A DNA stretch of 60,499 nt, counting the filler, from Basidiobolus ranarum (taxonomy: Eukaryota): NCBI GenBank assembly GCA_040143965.1. It is 13 parts of 13 records of this genome, joined end to end, with 100 filler letters (N's around TTAATTAATTAA, not from the genome) between each part and the next. Parts side by side here need not be neighbours in the genome. Positions count along the whole stretch, not along the records: positions 1 to 4,575 come from JASJQH010008784.1; positions 4,676 to 9,247 come from JASJQH010008785.1; positions 9,348 to 13,919 come from JASJQH010008786.1; 10 more parts are not named here. One strand, 5' to 3'. The stretch's first letter is position 1; every line of letters starts with the position of its first letter. The position numbers and the translations under genes are program-made. The notes under the pieces were generated by a model. The model did not search any database and was not told where the DNA came from. It saw nothing but the letters and a program-made list of their open reading frames with translations. Shown here piece by piece: positions 1 through 11,976 of this stretch.

Positions 1-1610
1 GGCTTGGGAAAAGTAATCTCTGAGTTTTAGACCGCGAGCACGTACTTTACTAGCCGTCTACTTGAGCCTCGGGTAGCACTGAGCAGTTAAAATAAGATAA
101 TTAGTGGTGTTGATAGTGCATGTATCCAACGCTAGTTTGATAGGCAATTACTGCCATCAAAGTGCTTCAGTTGGGTGTCAGTAAAGGTAACCTGGAAAAG
201 TAGATCATCTGCAAAATCAATACCGCTATTACTCACAAAATAAGCCACTTGTTTAGTTCCGAGAGGTAATTATCTGGGGCTACAATCATCTATTTTACTA
301 ATATACTACCAATATCTAACTAGGACTCGATTTTTCTGAATATTCGAAATACAGGAAGTTTACAATGATGTTCCAGCTTTCGAGCGAGAGTGAGATCTGG
401 GAATTTGATGGTATCTCGAATGCTGAATGCTGAATGCTGAAATACTGTTACCATCCTCAGTGTAGAAACAAACATCACGAACCGTGCCAGCAGATCCTTT
501 CAATCCTAGCCCTAGTGAAAACGGGTATTCTGCGAGATACTTCCGTCATAACTAGGGCACAAGTCCATTGAGTTGATGACTCATCAATGAGCAGCATGTG
601 GGTGGACAATACCTTCGGGTATTTATTCGTGATCAAGTGAGTCTCTAAAATGAAAACCCTCAAGTAGAGTTGGCCCACGTTCTGTGTGATTGACCAAATG
701 GAATGGAATATTTAGACCGAGAGTCTTCTACTCCTCTTCGGCCAAAATTGAATTAAGCTTGACGTCATTTATTGAGTACTTGCCTAGAATATACATACAT
801 CCTTTGTGGTTGCGACTCAATTGTAATCGGAGGTTGAATGGATTCCAGTGCACTCACCTTTGTTTAGTTTAATTTGCTTTTTATCCTCGAGTTGTGGTGC
901 GATGAGTTTATGAAGATTTCCATTCAAGTTTTGGTAGGTGAAAGATACTATGTTGAGCAAATATTCCAACTTATTTAGCATTGGGCTCGAGTAAAAGCAA
1001 ATATTCATATTTAGTATTGAGCTGGAGTTAAATTAGTCCATTCTATGAGCTATGTCGTATATATGGGATCCACATTAGTGTACATTGGATTAATTGTTTA
1101 GTCATCGATCTCACCTTGCCCAGTGTCTCATAATTAGTTAATAGCTTAGCAAACATTATGAAGCATCCATTGATCTATTTCTTTCGAATGTAGCCGGCTT
1201 CCACTGATCCAAATATATGCCATGTGCTACTTATTGTATCAAATCTATTGAACCGATGAAATTGCCGGTGAACCATAATTGGTGCAGCTCTCCATGGTGG
1301 CTTTGTATGCCGGTGGCTTACTTTCATTGAGTTTCCCTTCAAAATCTCAAAGGTCCTATCATTGAGCTCTGAGGAGGTATATGTTAAGTTATATCATTGC
1401 CACCATTCATTTATTAGTCAGCTTGTGATGGATTTTTTTGATTATTTGAATTCGGATTGCAATCACAATAGCTATCTTATACATCCTTCGGAATACATGG
1501 ACACTTTACAGGTCATCATATGTAAGTGAACTTAAGTACCCAGCAGGAATAGAGAGTAGTATCAGCAAAGTAAGCAAATCTATTACTCTTAATCAGTTTA
1601 AAGATATCTC

Positions 1611-1938
1611 TGTTGAAGTACTTTGGGAGTTTGTTGGAAGTGGTTTGGAGAACTGGAAGAATTGATGGTTTTCACTTATTGATATATTGAGTAGAAAGTT
1701 GACATTTATAGTTTTGTCAAGATGTAAGCTAAAAAACGTATAGAATGTGTTAAGGAAGGTTCTAGGAACATGTGTGCGAAGTTTGGGGCTTCCAGGACAA
1801 GTTCTCAAAATATATATCTTCAAACATCTAAGTAAATTCTGATTCCGAATAGTTCGTGATATCTCAGTTCAATCTGGAATAACTAAATACTAAGCTATAT
1901 ATGACTATATATATGTTTAGGCTATACTAATTTCAACT
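1611..1938 (-). mobile_element. Solo LTR of Copia family A
   Basis: Begins TGTTGAAG and ends TTTCAAC(T)A. Aligns by eye along its length with the reverse complement of the 3' LTR at 16848-17195 and with 17401-17748. No clean target-site duplication (TSD). Confidence 0.85.
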
Positions 1939-2532
1939 ACGATATCTTTATACATACACGGATGCATTAAAGGCCTGCGTGCCTTCTTAAATGCTTCCTG
2001 TTCAACTATGGCAGAGGATTTCTTTTCCTTCTGAGACATAACTTCCAGAAGGTCTCTGTCCTCAAGTTGAGTATTCAAAAGTGGTGATTTTCTATCAACT
2101 TCATAGTCAGATTTTCTAATAATTCTTCCAAAACAACAACCAAGTTAATATGCTATAGTTCAGGGTATAAATATAGGGATAGCAAATATGATTGAGATAA
2201 TAGACTTCAACCATATTCATATATAGGTGACAGCCTGGTATATCAAAACGTGGCTATGATGAGAGCTGCTATAAAGTTAGACAACTCAATATTTTTCATG
2301 CTATGGAACTTGTTTCACTTGAATATAAGATGAAGTACCTCATATGATGCTTCACTCAGGTTTATTCATAGTCAAGCCTAGCTATATGTAGAATTTTCAA
2401 TCCAATTATATCATTGACTGCGATTACAAAATATCCTTTTTTTTGCGTTTTTTTTTGGTATTTCATCACTCTTTAATTATAATATATTGTCATCTGCTGC
2501 TGAGATAGGCTTTTCACACTACATTACTCACT

Positions 2533-2883
2533 ATGGCTGCTAACGGATCAATCGTATACACCCTCACATCGGTCTTTCACGAATACAAGGCCCCCTTAAG
2601 TGAACTCGAAGTAGAAACTCATGTCTATACCACCAAAAAGCAGGCCCGCGAGGCCATGCTCTCATTAGCCCGTTGCCAGTACAAAGAAAGCAATAACATC
2701 CAAGGCTCCCGTAACAAGTATCTCAAAGAACTTGACTTATCTGTTGAATTCGGAGAAACTAACGGTCTCTGTACCGAAGATCAAGAATGGGGTTTCTGTA
2801 GAATCGAGGCTGTCAAGATGAACGAGATGCCAGTTGTTGGTGAAGAAAGCAGCGATGACGATAATGATGATGATCTTGTATAA
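2533..2883 (+). CDS. Small hypothetical protein with acidic C-terminal tail
   Basis: 116-aa ATG-initiated ORF with gene-like codon usage and retained CpGs, and AATAAA about 35 bp after the stop. No family recognised. Confidence 0.6.
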   Translation: MAANGSIVYTLTSVFHEYKAPLSELEVETHVYTTKKQAREAMLSLARCQYKESNNIQGSRNKYLKELDLSVEFGETNGLCTEDQEWGFCRIEAVKMNEMPVVGEESSDDDNDDDLV

Positions 2884-3227
2884 TTTCTGGACTACCGAGA
2901 GAGCCTCTTTATGAGAAAATAAAATTATTTTTATAATAGATTCTGAGCGTCATGCTTTCAAGTAACACGTCCCGTTTTCCAAATTATGAAGCGAAACCAC
3001 TATTCCGAAATGCATCATTAGCGTGTAACTCAATAATAAATTATTGTACTATAAGGTAGTGATGAGCAAAATTAATGTCAAGTCTAATTTAGTTAAATGG
3101 AAATAATTCCATCAAATCAAATTCGCCTATCGAAAGAATATATGGGAAACACTTAGATTGCGGAAATAGAGAATAGATCCATTTTACGAAGTGTATGAGC
3201 TGTTATTGACGATAACTAAACTACGAA

Positions 3228-3851
3228 ATGTCCAACATAAAGGCCTCTTTAGAACTCACTTTACCTACGGAGGATTCCTCTTTCTTTGAAGAGAATAGCT
3301 ATGTCATCACTGAAGAGATATGTCTCACACCTTTTTTACTTCGAGATATTCCTTGTATGGTGGCTGTCCACCAACGAAGTTCTGACATTCATAAATATAC
3401 CACCACTGTACCAGCATCATATAGTGAAGATGACGCGATAAATTTCCTCTCTAAGGTTAAGTCAGATATGGTTCATCCCTCAACCGGAAAGTGTATCAAG
3501 TTTGTGATCCGCCGACGAGATACCTCTGAGTTCATAGGACTATTGGGAATATACCGCTCTCGGAATCCAAAGTATAAGCAAGAAGAAGAATGGTGGTCAT
3601 TAGGCTATTCTATAGCAGCCGAGTGGACAGGTAAAGGAATTGTAACGGCGTGTGTTCATTATGCTATGCAAGAACTTGGTTTTAAGGAACTAGGAATAAG
3701 AAATTGGGAAGCCGCAACTTTGACTGGAAATATGGCTAGTAGAAGAGTTCTAGAAAAATGTGGATATCGACTTCTAGAAGACGAGATAGCTTTGGATAAA
3801 GTTGGAACAGCAGAGAAATTAGAGGGGTGGTCGTTCGAGTGTGTGATATAG
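3228..3851 (+). CDS. GNAT N-acetyltransferase, RimJ/RimL (Acetyltransf_3) type
   Basis: Intronless 207 aa with LGYSIAAEWTGKGIVT (acetyl-CoA binding motif A) and N-x-AS-x-RVLEKCGY (motif B). Confidence 0.85.
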   Translation: MSNIKASLELTLPTEDSSFFEENSYVITEEICLTPFLLRDIPCMVAVHQRSSDIHKYTTTVPASYSEDDAINFLSKVKSDMVHPSTGKCIKFVIRRRDTSEFIGLLGIYRSRNPKYKQEEEWWSLGYSIAAEWTGKGIVTACVHYAMQELGFKELGIRNWEAATLTGNMASRRVLEKCGYRLLEDEIALDKVGTAEKLEGWSFECVI

Positions 3852-4354
3852 TCAAGCCTGGGCCACTCACTATATGTTATAATAGGCCTAAGATTAACAC
3901 ACCATATATTATTCTCACATGAATCACTGACATATTCCCAATTGTTTCTCTAATAAATGTGACAAATATAGTATTGATGCTGTTGGTATTTACTGGTGAG
4001 AAGATACCGTACTTCATGTCCAAATTCAACAGGTATGATGTAGCACTGTGAGTTGATAGCATATGAAAGTTGTGATTTCCTTGTTGGTCACTATAAATGT
4101 TAAGATGACTGCCCCTTTTTCTCATACTCCGAAATTATACATAGCAGTCCATCAATTAACTAGTACTGACCTCCCTTACTATTCGTCTCCAACTTGTTCT
4201 TGTTCAGTTGTGACGAGTCCCCACTATATTTCTAGTCACAAAATCCTTTCTAAACAGTGGTAAGTTGAATTATCTGCACTTCTAAGAGAGCATTGTGCTA
4301 ACTCAAGTAAAGTGACCTTTACCTACTATCACTTTGTTCGTAACTTAGGATCAG

Positions 4355-4575
4355 ATGGAATCAAGTACAACTATTATCCCTTCAGCTTTGTCCCCAGTGG
4401 CTACATCCACCAATGAAACAGAATATAAACCTCGCTATGACTTCAAAGGGCTCATTACCACCGACGTATCAGCAGCCTTAGTCTCCTCGGCTTTTGTTGC
4501 TCCTTTGGTTGCCATCATAGACCGTTCAGTTGTTTCTAATGCCAGTGGCCGGCAGACATTAGGCGAAGGGCTCCG
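4355..4575 (+). CDS. 5' part of a conserved hypothetical membrane protein (possibly mitochondrial-carrier-like), cut by contig end
   Basis: DVSAALVSSAFVAPLVAIIDRSVVSNASG resembles the first hydrophobic helix of a conserved fungal/protist family. The ORF runs into the spacer. Confidence 0.5.
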
Positions 4576-4675
4576 NNNNNNNNNNNNNNNNNNNNNNNNN
4601 NNNNNNNNNNNNNNNNNNNTTAATTAATTAANNNNNNNNNNNNNNNNNNNNNNNNNNNNNNNNNNNNNNNNNNNN
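4576..4675. other. Artificial contig-joining spacer (first of 12)
   Basis: N44-TTAATTAATTAA-N44, giving stops in all six frames. The same spacer is at 9248-9347, 13920-14019, 18591-18690, 23257-23356, 27921-28020, 32584-32683, 37244-37343, 41899-41998, 46553-46652, 51206-51305 and 55855-55954. Contig lengths fall from 4575 to 4549. Confidence 0.98.
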
Positions 4676-6104
4676 AATTATGAAAGCTAGAATAGGCTGT
4701 GTTATAATGTTGGAAACAGTGTCTCTTCCTCAGGGATGTCAAAGGGCAGAGATCTGACCTTTGGAAAATTTGGGCAAGCCTAATTCTTCCCATATACTAG
4801 TGACTTGAGTATATTGTAAGAAGGGTGTACATACCCTACCCTAAGTATATATGCTAAATAAAGTCCACACCACCTGGTGCTTTTCATCCCCCTAATCTGT
4901 AACCGGCATGGAGAAAAGAAGTATTCAGCAGCTAAGCTGCGAGAAGATGTAAGAGGTCACATTCTCCTTTAAACAGAATCTTCATTTTTTGACACTATTT
5001 GAAGTGGATGTGCGGACTTGCTGGATTTCATTAAGAACTGCTCTAATGCACTCCTGGACTGCTGTACTAGGTTAGCCCTCTCTGAATTAAATATTCTGGA
5101 TAGATGTATCAACGGCACAGTCACGCCAAGTTGTCTAGATTCTCATGTACTTACAAATATAGCACAAAATTTGGGTTGTGAATCGGTGAGGAAGTCGTGC
5201 ACTAGTCATAAGAATATGAATGCACTAGATGGGAAAGTATTTGAAGTAAGTAGATGAGCAGTAAATATTGTACATGGCGCATAATTTACGTTGACACTTG
5301 CTATCTATAACTAGGAGTCTATATCCATATACAATTCTAAACTCGGTGTTCGGCCCGAGTGAAGTCATAGGTCAATGTAGACTTCAGGTACTACTAGCAT
5401 CCGGTGCAAGCAAAGAATATGGACTGATAGTATAAGGGCATCAAATATATTAAGCAATGATTGCTGGAGAGAAATTAGGATAGGAGGATGTATAACGAAT
5501 GATACTTACTGTATTGGATGCCTAGATTAGTGTTTTCAAGATCCCATCATTGGTACTCATAGTGGACAGTCTAGGCATTAGGACTACCAGAGTGTACTTT
5601 TGAAATACTTTGGCTACAAGAGCATATAAAAGAGCAAAATGCATAGATTTGTTGTACGCGATCCAAAACGGAACAAACATTTACTATAAGTGCCAATCAC
5701 GCACATGTTTGTAACTAGGCGCTTTCGTGTGACTGGAATTGCTTCTCCGCAAATACTTTTAAACAACTAAACCAGTTTCTGTGCTTTTGCTTTCTGTGCT
5801 CTTAAGGAGGATTCACATGGTTTTGAATTTGGAATTCCAAAATGAGTTTTAGTTTAGCGTGGATTTTACCGATGGTAATGGTCGCTTACACAAAAGGAAA
5901 TGATGCAGCGGGTAATTAAATGAACTTATTAACATTACCAAGCAGGCTTTACCATAACTAGAAATACCTTATGGAAAGAAACTCTGGGAGATAACCAGCT
6001 ATTTGTAGATTGAAGCACAAAAGGAGGGCTAGTTAATATAAATATCCCTTTGTTCTGATGAATTCCCTATCAAAATACCATTGCATACCCTCTCTCTCTT
6101 TTCG

Positions 6105-7184
6105 ATGAAACTCATCTCAACCTTGTCCATCCTCTCTGTGGCCATCTCTTTGGTAGCTGCAGTGCCAGTCGTTGAAAGTGCTGAAGTTGAGGCAGCAACC
6201 AAAGATATGTTAGTCCGTCATGGTAACTATGCCGCTGCTACCTACTGCTTGAAACCACGAGTAATGAAATGGGACTGCGGTAGCCGATGTGAGGGGGATG
6301 TCAAAATCACCACATATTTCGAAGATCTATTGAGTGGCCTCGCCGGCTATGTTGGTGTGAATCATCAGGAGAGGAAAATCATTGTGGCATTCAGAGGGTA
6401 AGTACTGGGTAAGGTATTGGGTAATTTCCCTTAAATCCGCAATGGTGCTAATCAGTTCTTTTCTATATTAGAACATCAAATATTCGTAACTGGGTTCACG
6501 ATTTTGATTTCCTGGCTTTGGATTTTGTGTATCCCGATTCTGAAAAAGACACAATAGTTCATGGGGGATTTTTGAAGGCATTCCATAGTGTGTCCAAAGA
6601 TGTTGTTTCAGGGCTAAGAGAAGCCATCAATCAACTACCTACCAGTGCCGAAGATTATGAGCTATTAGTAACTGGTCACTCACTTGTATGGTATATCCTG
6701 CTCCTAGTTTCGATTATCTGTGCTAACGATTTGTACGATGTAGGGTGGTGCTGTTGCAGTCCTAGGAGCAATGGAAATCAAGAACCATCTCTTGAACCCT
6801 AAGAGTCCTCGCTTTATTGCTGGACCAACCAAGACTATCAACCCATCCAAAATGCTAGTCCATACTTTCGGACAGCCTAGAGTTGGAAATCCAAATTTTG
6901 CCAAGCTAGTGTACAAGACGCTTTCTAACTCTACCATAAGCAACAGCTTGATCCGTGTTACTTCCAAGAACGATCCTGTACCTCATCTTCCACCCGACTC
7001 CTTCGGATTTATTCATTCCCCACATGAAGTGTATATCCATTGGTTGACCGGGAAGACTGTGAGTTGCAATGATGGCTCCAGCGCCACAATCGGCGAAGAT
7101 CAAGACTGCATCCGTTCTTACTTGCCAGTCGACATTATTTCCCATATGACTTACTGGGATCTTAGGTTTGGCCCTTGGTGCTAA
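6105..7184 (+). CDS. Secreted class-3 lipase (alpha/beta hydrolase), 3 exons
   Basis: Exons 6105-6397, 6472-6685 and 6744-7184 with GT-AG introns. Signal peptide MKLISTLSILSVAISLVAA. Motifs IIVAFRGTS, VHGGF, TGHSLGGA (nucleophile, split by intron 2), TFGQPRVGN, DPVPHLP and a C-terminal His (SHMTY). Confidence 0.95.
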
Positions 7185-8031
7185 AATAACCTGCCTATTT
7201 TTTATAATAAATTCAACCTTGAGATAGTTTTAACTATTGAATGCACTGAATTAAGGATATTTATGGCCTTAAAGGCTCCCTAAGTCTTGAAAGCACGAGC
7301 ATCAATAAGCGATATATTGTAAGAATAACATGGCAGTTTGAGAAATGACCATCAACTCCATTTCAGATCAATCGCATCTCAGCATTTATCTAGTGAAGTG
7401 TCGTGTATTTCCGTAGTCTTAGCGGGAATATACTTACTGCTCATGAGACATCTGGGACGTCACACAGCAGGATTCCATTTTAAGTTAATAACATGTTTGA
7501 AACGTGGCAATCTCCTTTAGCCGTGATATCTTGATCCTAGCAATGGTTGGCATCTATACATTAATAGGATAAAATAAATCACTGTATTTTGATAGCGATC
7601 GATAATTAGAGACCCAAGCAAGATTCAATATCCTCATCAGCTTCGATTATTTGGTATGCATTATTTAGTATGCATGTTCATAGTTGGCTGTATTGTGTAC
7701 ATTTAACTAAGGTCACGAAATCCCATTAAACCTCAATAATATGATTGGGCAATTGAATACTTTATTCAAGAAAATAAGAGACAACACTTCATCAAAAAAT
7801 GGTGAAGTGGTTTTACCAACAGTACATGAATATTGAAAAATAGAAAAATGTTGCAAGAGTAAAATAACTATTTTTGAAAAATATGCATATCTTGGATTAT
7901 TATGAAATAACAACAGAGTCCATTACCTAGTATGAGTACATATCTAAAGTTTTGGTAACGTCGATCAATAGTGGCAAACACAATTATATATGTACCCTCC
8001 AGCTAGTATCCTAAACTAATTTCACAGTATT

Positions 8032-9247
8032 CTACAATTGTAAAAATGATTCACGACCGGAAGGACACCGAGTCACTGTCACTAGGTTACATTTGGTATA
8101 ATAACCAACAGATTGCCGACAAATAGGTGTTATAACCCCTCCGGAAGTAGGTAAAGTATTTGGCGGTTCAGAAGACGATTTTTGCGTGGTAGGGGCTAAA
8201 GCACCATTGGAACTAGAGTCTTCAGTTGAAATATTGGAGGATTCACTTGATCTTTCTGTAGACAAAGAGATGGAAACGGAACTGGTACTTTCAACTGAAG
8301 AAGTGGATACAAGGGTTGATGATTGACTGTAGTTTCCAGTAGAGTCAATGGATGAAGATTGGCTAGAGCTTGGAACATACGAGGATGAAGAGTTCGAGCT
8401 TCCTGTTAGTGATGAAGTACTTGTGTATAACTCATTAGAACTATCAGTAGGGGAAATAGGTGTAGAATCACCAGAACTTTCGGCGGAAGAGGAGGTGGAA
8501 GAGAGAATGGTGCTTTCTAAAGATGAAGTAACTGATGTTGCTTCACCGGAGCTTTCGTTGGATGAAGAGGTGGAAGAGAGACTGGGGTTTTCTGATGGTG
8601 AAGTAGTTGACGTTGCTTCGCTGGAGCTCTCCGCAGATGAAAAGGTAGAAGAGAGACTGGTGCTTTGGGTAAGTGAAGTATTTATGGATGAATCATTAGA
8701 ACTTTCAGTAGGGGAAGTGGGTGTAGGCTCACTAGTGCTTTCGGTGGATGAAGAGGTGGAAGAGAGACTGGGGTTTTCTGATGGCGAAGTAGTTGACATT
8801 GTTTTGCTGAAGCTTTCGGCAGATGAAGAGGTGGAAGAGACACTGGTGCTTGCTAACGATGAAGCAGTTGACGTTGCTTCGCTTGAGCTTTCCGCAGATG
8901 AAGAGGTGGAAGAGAGACTGGTGCTTGCTAACGATGAAGTGGTTGACGTTGCTTCGCTGGAGCTTTCAGCGGACGAAACAGCAGAAGAGAGACTGCTGCT
9001 TTCTGATGATGAAGCAATTGACATTGTTTCGCTGGAGCTTTCGGCTGACGAAGAGGTGGAAGAGAGACTGGGGCTTTCTGATGATGAAGTAGTTGATGTT
9101 GCTTCGCTGGAGCTTTCGACAGATGAAGAGGTTGAAGAGAGACTGGTATTTTGGGTTAGTGAAGTATTTATGGATGATTCATTAGAACTTTCAGTGGAGG
9201 AAGTGAGTGTAGGCTCACTGGAGCTTTCTGTGGATGATGAGGTGGAA
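8032..9247 (-). CDS. C-terminal part of a Ser/Thr-rich repeat (mucin/adhesin-like) protein, 5' end missing
   Basis: The frame stays open to the contig end, with Ser/Thr/Glu-rich repeats followed by a short Cys-containing tail. The exact 3' end could involve an intron. Confidence 0.7.
8480..9247 (-). repeat. Coding tandem repeat with a 75-bp (25-aa) unit
   Basis: GAAGAGAGACTG recurs at about 75-bp spacing; the unit is roughly SLSSTSSSAESSSEATSTTSSLAST. A longer variant unit occurs near 8650-8760 and again near 9135-9245. Confidence 0.85.
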
Positions 9248-9428
9248 NNNNNNNNNNNNNNNNNNNNNNNNNNNNNNNNNNNNNNNNNNNNTTAATTAAT
9301 TAANNNNNNNNNNNNNNNNNNNNNNNNNNNNNNNNNNNNNNNNNNNNAAAGGCAAGAAAGGAGTAACTGATGTAAGGGGTCCTATGTAAATCCGATGTAG
9401 TGAACTTCATTAACATTTGATGGTATAG

Positions 9429-9683
9429 TTAACGCAGGCACTAGAGGAGTTGCCGCGAGTGCATTTGAATGTGTTCATATATCTGACTCATTTCTTAAAG
9501 ATGTTGATATTGAAAGGACCACCTAAAGATCCAGAGCTTGAAGAAAAACTAGCGGTGTTCTCATCAGTTCTAATGAGACCTCGGGATAAGTCGGGTCCAT
9601 TGGAGTACTCTGCTGTGAGAGAGAATTTGAGCTTACTAAGTATATATTTTGCAGAAGATGAAGAACTTCTTCAATTTCAGTAA
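9429..9683 (+). CDS. Last exon of a RhoGAP-like domain protein (OCRL/INPP5B-type C-terminus possible)
   Basis: LEELPRVHLNVFIYLTHFL...LAVFSSVLMRP fits the C-terminal RhoGAP helices. Upstream exons are cut by the contig start. Confidence 0.5.
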   Translation, partial: LTQALEELPRVHLNVFIYLTHFLKMLILKGPPKDPELEEKLAVFSSVLMRPRDKSGPLEYSAVRENLSLLSIYFAEDEELLQFQ

Positions 9684-10276
9684 ACTAGTAACTTTTATAG
9701 ATCAATAGTTAAATCAAGTAAATATTCGATTGAAAACAAAAGAACCATTACTGAAGTGAGCGGATTAGTATTAGAAACATACAGTCACAATGAAATATGT
9801 GTAAATCCTAATTCCTTGTCTTCCTCTTACTCTTCTCTTTATACTGGATCCATCGCATTGAAACGAGTGAACAAAGTAGCGCTTTATTGTGAGTTGATGT
9901 CGACCTGGCATTCCGAGTAGCCTATTCCGGAATAATTAAGGATTAATATGGAATTGAGATAGCCAATATTAGGTCCACTAAATACTTACCTCTTGACCAC
10001 GAGTGCAGAGAAATGCCAGTAGTACCTTAAAGTTGGTTCATAAGACTTAGTAAGATTAATAGCCAATGGAAACCAGACTAAGGTTAGTGTAACTAGCGTA
10101 TATATATATATGGTTCGAAGAGGTGAATTTGTTCCAATGAAATTAGAGAGATATGGGATATTCAAGAGTGGTTCGTTCAATCACTTCCATCCTGGGGAAT
10201 TATATTATAAAATGAATTAATGGACTTTCTTTCATTAAAACCATACTTTTCTCTTCTCTGGTAAAGTAGAAAAGTC

Positions 10277-11902
10277 ATGTCAAGTAATACGGGAAGCCAT
10301 TGGTAAGCGGAACATGTTTATCAAAATATTCTGCTGCTTTATTAATAATCTTTCTTGAAGGTCAAGAGTTGGCTACAGTACAAACTCGGAAGAACCTCAG
10401 GAGGGATTTTCGACTCACAACTTTCAACCTAATCAGCACGTTCATTCCCAGTCTCACTCCCATGCCCACTCTCATCCTCACGCTCAGACAGCTGAAAGCT
10501 TTGGAATAGCCTCACACACATATTCACAGCCGCATATTCAAGGAAATTACCAGATACCCGTAAACAATAATGAATTTCCTCATCTACGACAACATGCTCG
10601 AGAAAGATGTTCACATGAGCAGGAGCATCATGATCACAGTCATGACCATCAGCACCATAATCACAGTCATGATCATGGGCATGGACACGGGCACGGACAC
10701 GGGCATAGTGACTTACCCAAAATATCGGTCAGTAAAATCATGAGCAGTCTGGATCATGAACAGAAGAGGGTAATGACATATGGCTTGACGATGTTCACCA
10801 TTGGGATTATCGTCTGGGTGTACGGACACGCCACGGAAACCCTATCGATCATTGCTTTTTCATACTTTTTACTGTTTGATAGTTTCAATTTATTGATGAA
10901 TTTCACATCTCTTGTGTTGACCAATCATGAAACTTTCTCTCATTTCAAGAGTTCTCAATATCCTTATGGGTAAGTAAAGGTCATTTGGGGGGAGGGAAGG
11001 GAGATTGAAAGAACAAATGCTAATTTCAGTGGAAATCTTCAGTTTATTTAGGATGGTTACTTTGCTTGGTCTGTCCAATAGAATCTTCTTGATCTTCTCT
11101 GGAATGTATTCCATTAAGGAAGGGTTTGAACATGTGTTGCTTGGAGATGAGCATCACAGCATTGAGTTCTCTGTCGTCAAATGCTTACTGGTACTTGCAG
11201 CCATTGCCATGGCGACCTTTACGAAGTTGAACCATATAGGTATGACCTTTACATTCTTGTTCTCATGTTTCTTGTACTGATTAATCGCTTGTAGGAAGTG
11301 GAAGATCTTCTGTGTCTCGACTTCTACAAGAGCCTTTCAATATGATTGCCTTCTTATCGGGATTGGCGATCCTCCTTGTGGATATGCTTCCATTTGACGC
11401 GTGAGTAATGGATAGACAGAACTGAAGCAAGTTATAACAGTACTTAACCATGCATAATTTTAGCATACAAGCCACCTTCCTGGACCAAATCATCACTATA
11501 TGTGAATCCATTGGAATGTTTTACATCAGTTTCCCGGAGGCAGTGAAGTTTAGTAAGATTTTACTGCAAACAACACCCAAAGAGAAATTGAGTTCGATCG
11601 AACAGAGAGTCATGGAGGTATGGAGTGTTTATGTTTCCCCTCACCCTCACCCTCACCCTCATCCTTGTCCCATCCTAAACCTTTCTTTCAATTCTACATA
11701 GATCAATGCTCTACCACACGTACTGGAATGTAGAAACATTCATTTCTGGTCACCTACCAAGGATACCTTGATCGGTTCCATGGAGGTCTACACCGAATTC
11801 CACGCCAATGAACAACAAGTGCTAGAACAAGTTCACCGGATCACTGCCGGTCTGGTTAACGAATTAACTGTTCAAGTAAGCAAGAGAACGGATACAAGAT
11901 GA
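10277..11902 (+). CDS. Cation diffusion facilitator (CDF) zinc transporter, ZnT6/Zrg17-like, multi-exon
   Basis: ATG at 10277, first intron about 10303-10360. His-rich N-terminus (HHDHSHDHQHHNHSHDHGHGHGHGHGH), then TM2 FSYFLLFDSF, YPYG-x-R, KEGFEH, KILLQTTP, and a C-terminal domain IHFW...ELTVQV ending TGA at 11902. Confidence 0.85.
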
Positions 11903-11976
11903 AACAAGATTTATATAGGCAAAGGCAAAGGCAAAGGCATAGGGATAGGAATAAGCATTAACAACAATCAATAAAT

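Noticed and set aside
1-1600. Possible spliced gene or relic, and a (CTGAATG)3 microrepeat near 417-440
   Set aside because: No recognisable protein motif or consistent exon chain.
1975-2130. Weak Copia gag N-terminus similarity on the minus strand (LEDRDLLEV)
   Set aside because: Too short and degenerate to call without an alignment.
8348-9295. 315-aa acidic ORF on the plus strand
   Set aside because: Antisense shadow of the Ser/Thr repeat gene. Ser/Thr codon repeats lack stops on the opposite strand, and the ORF runs into the spacer.
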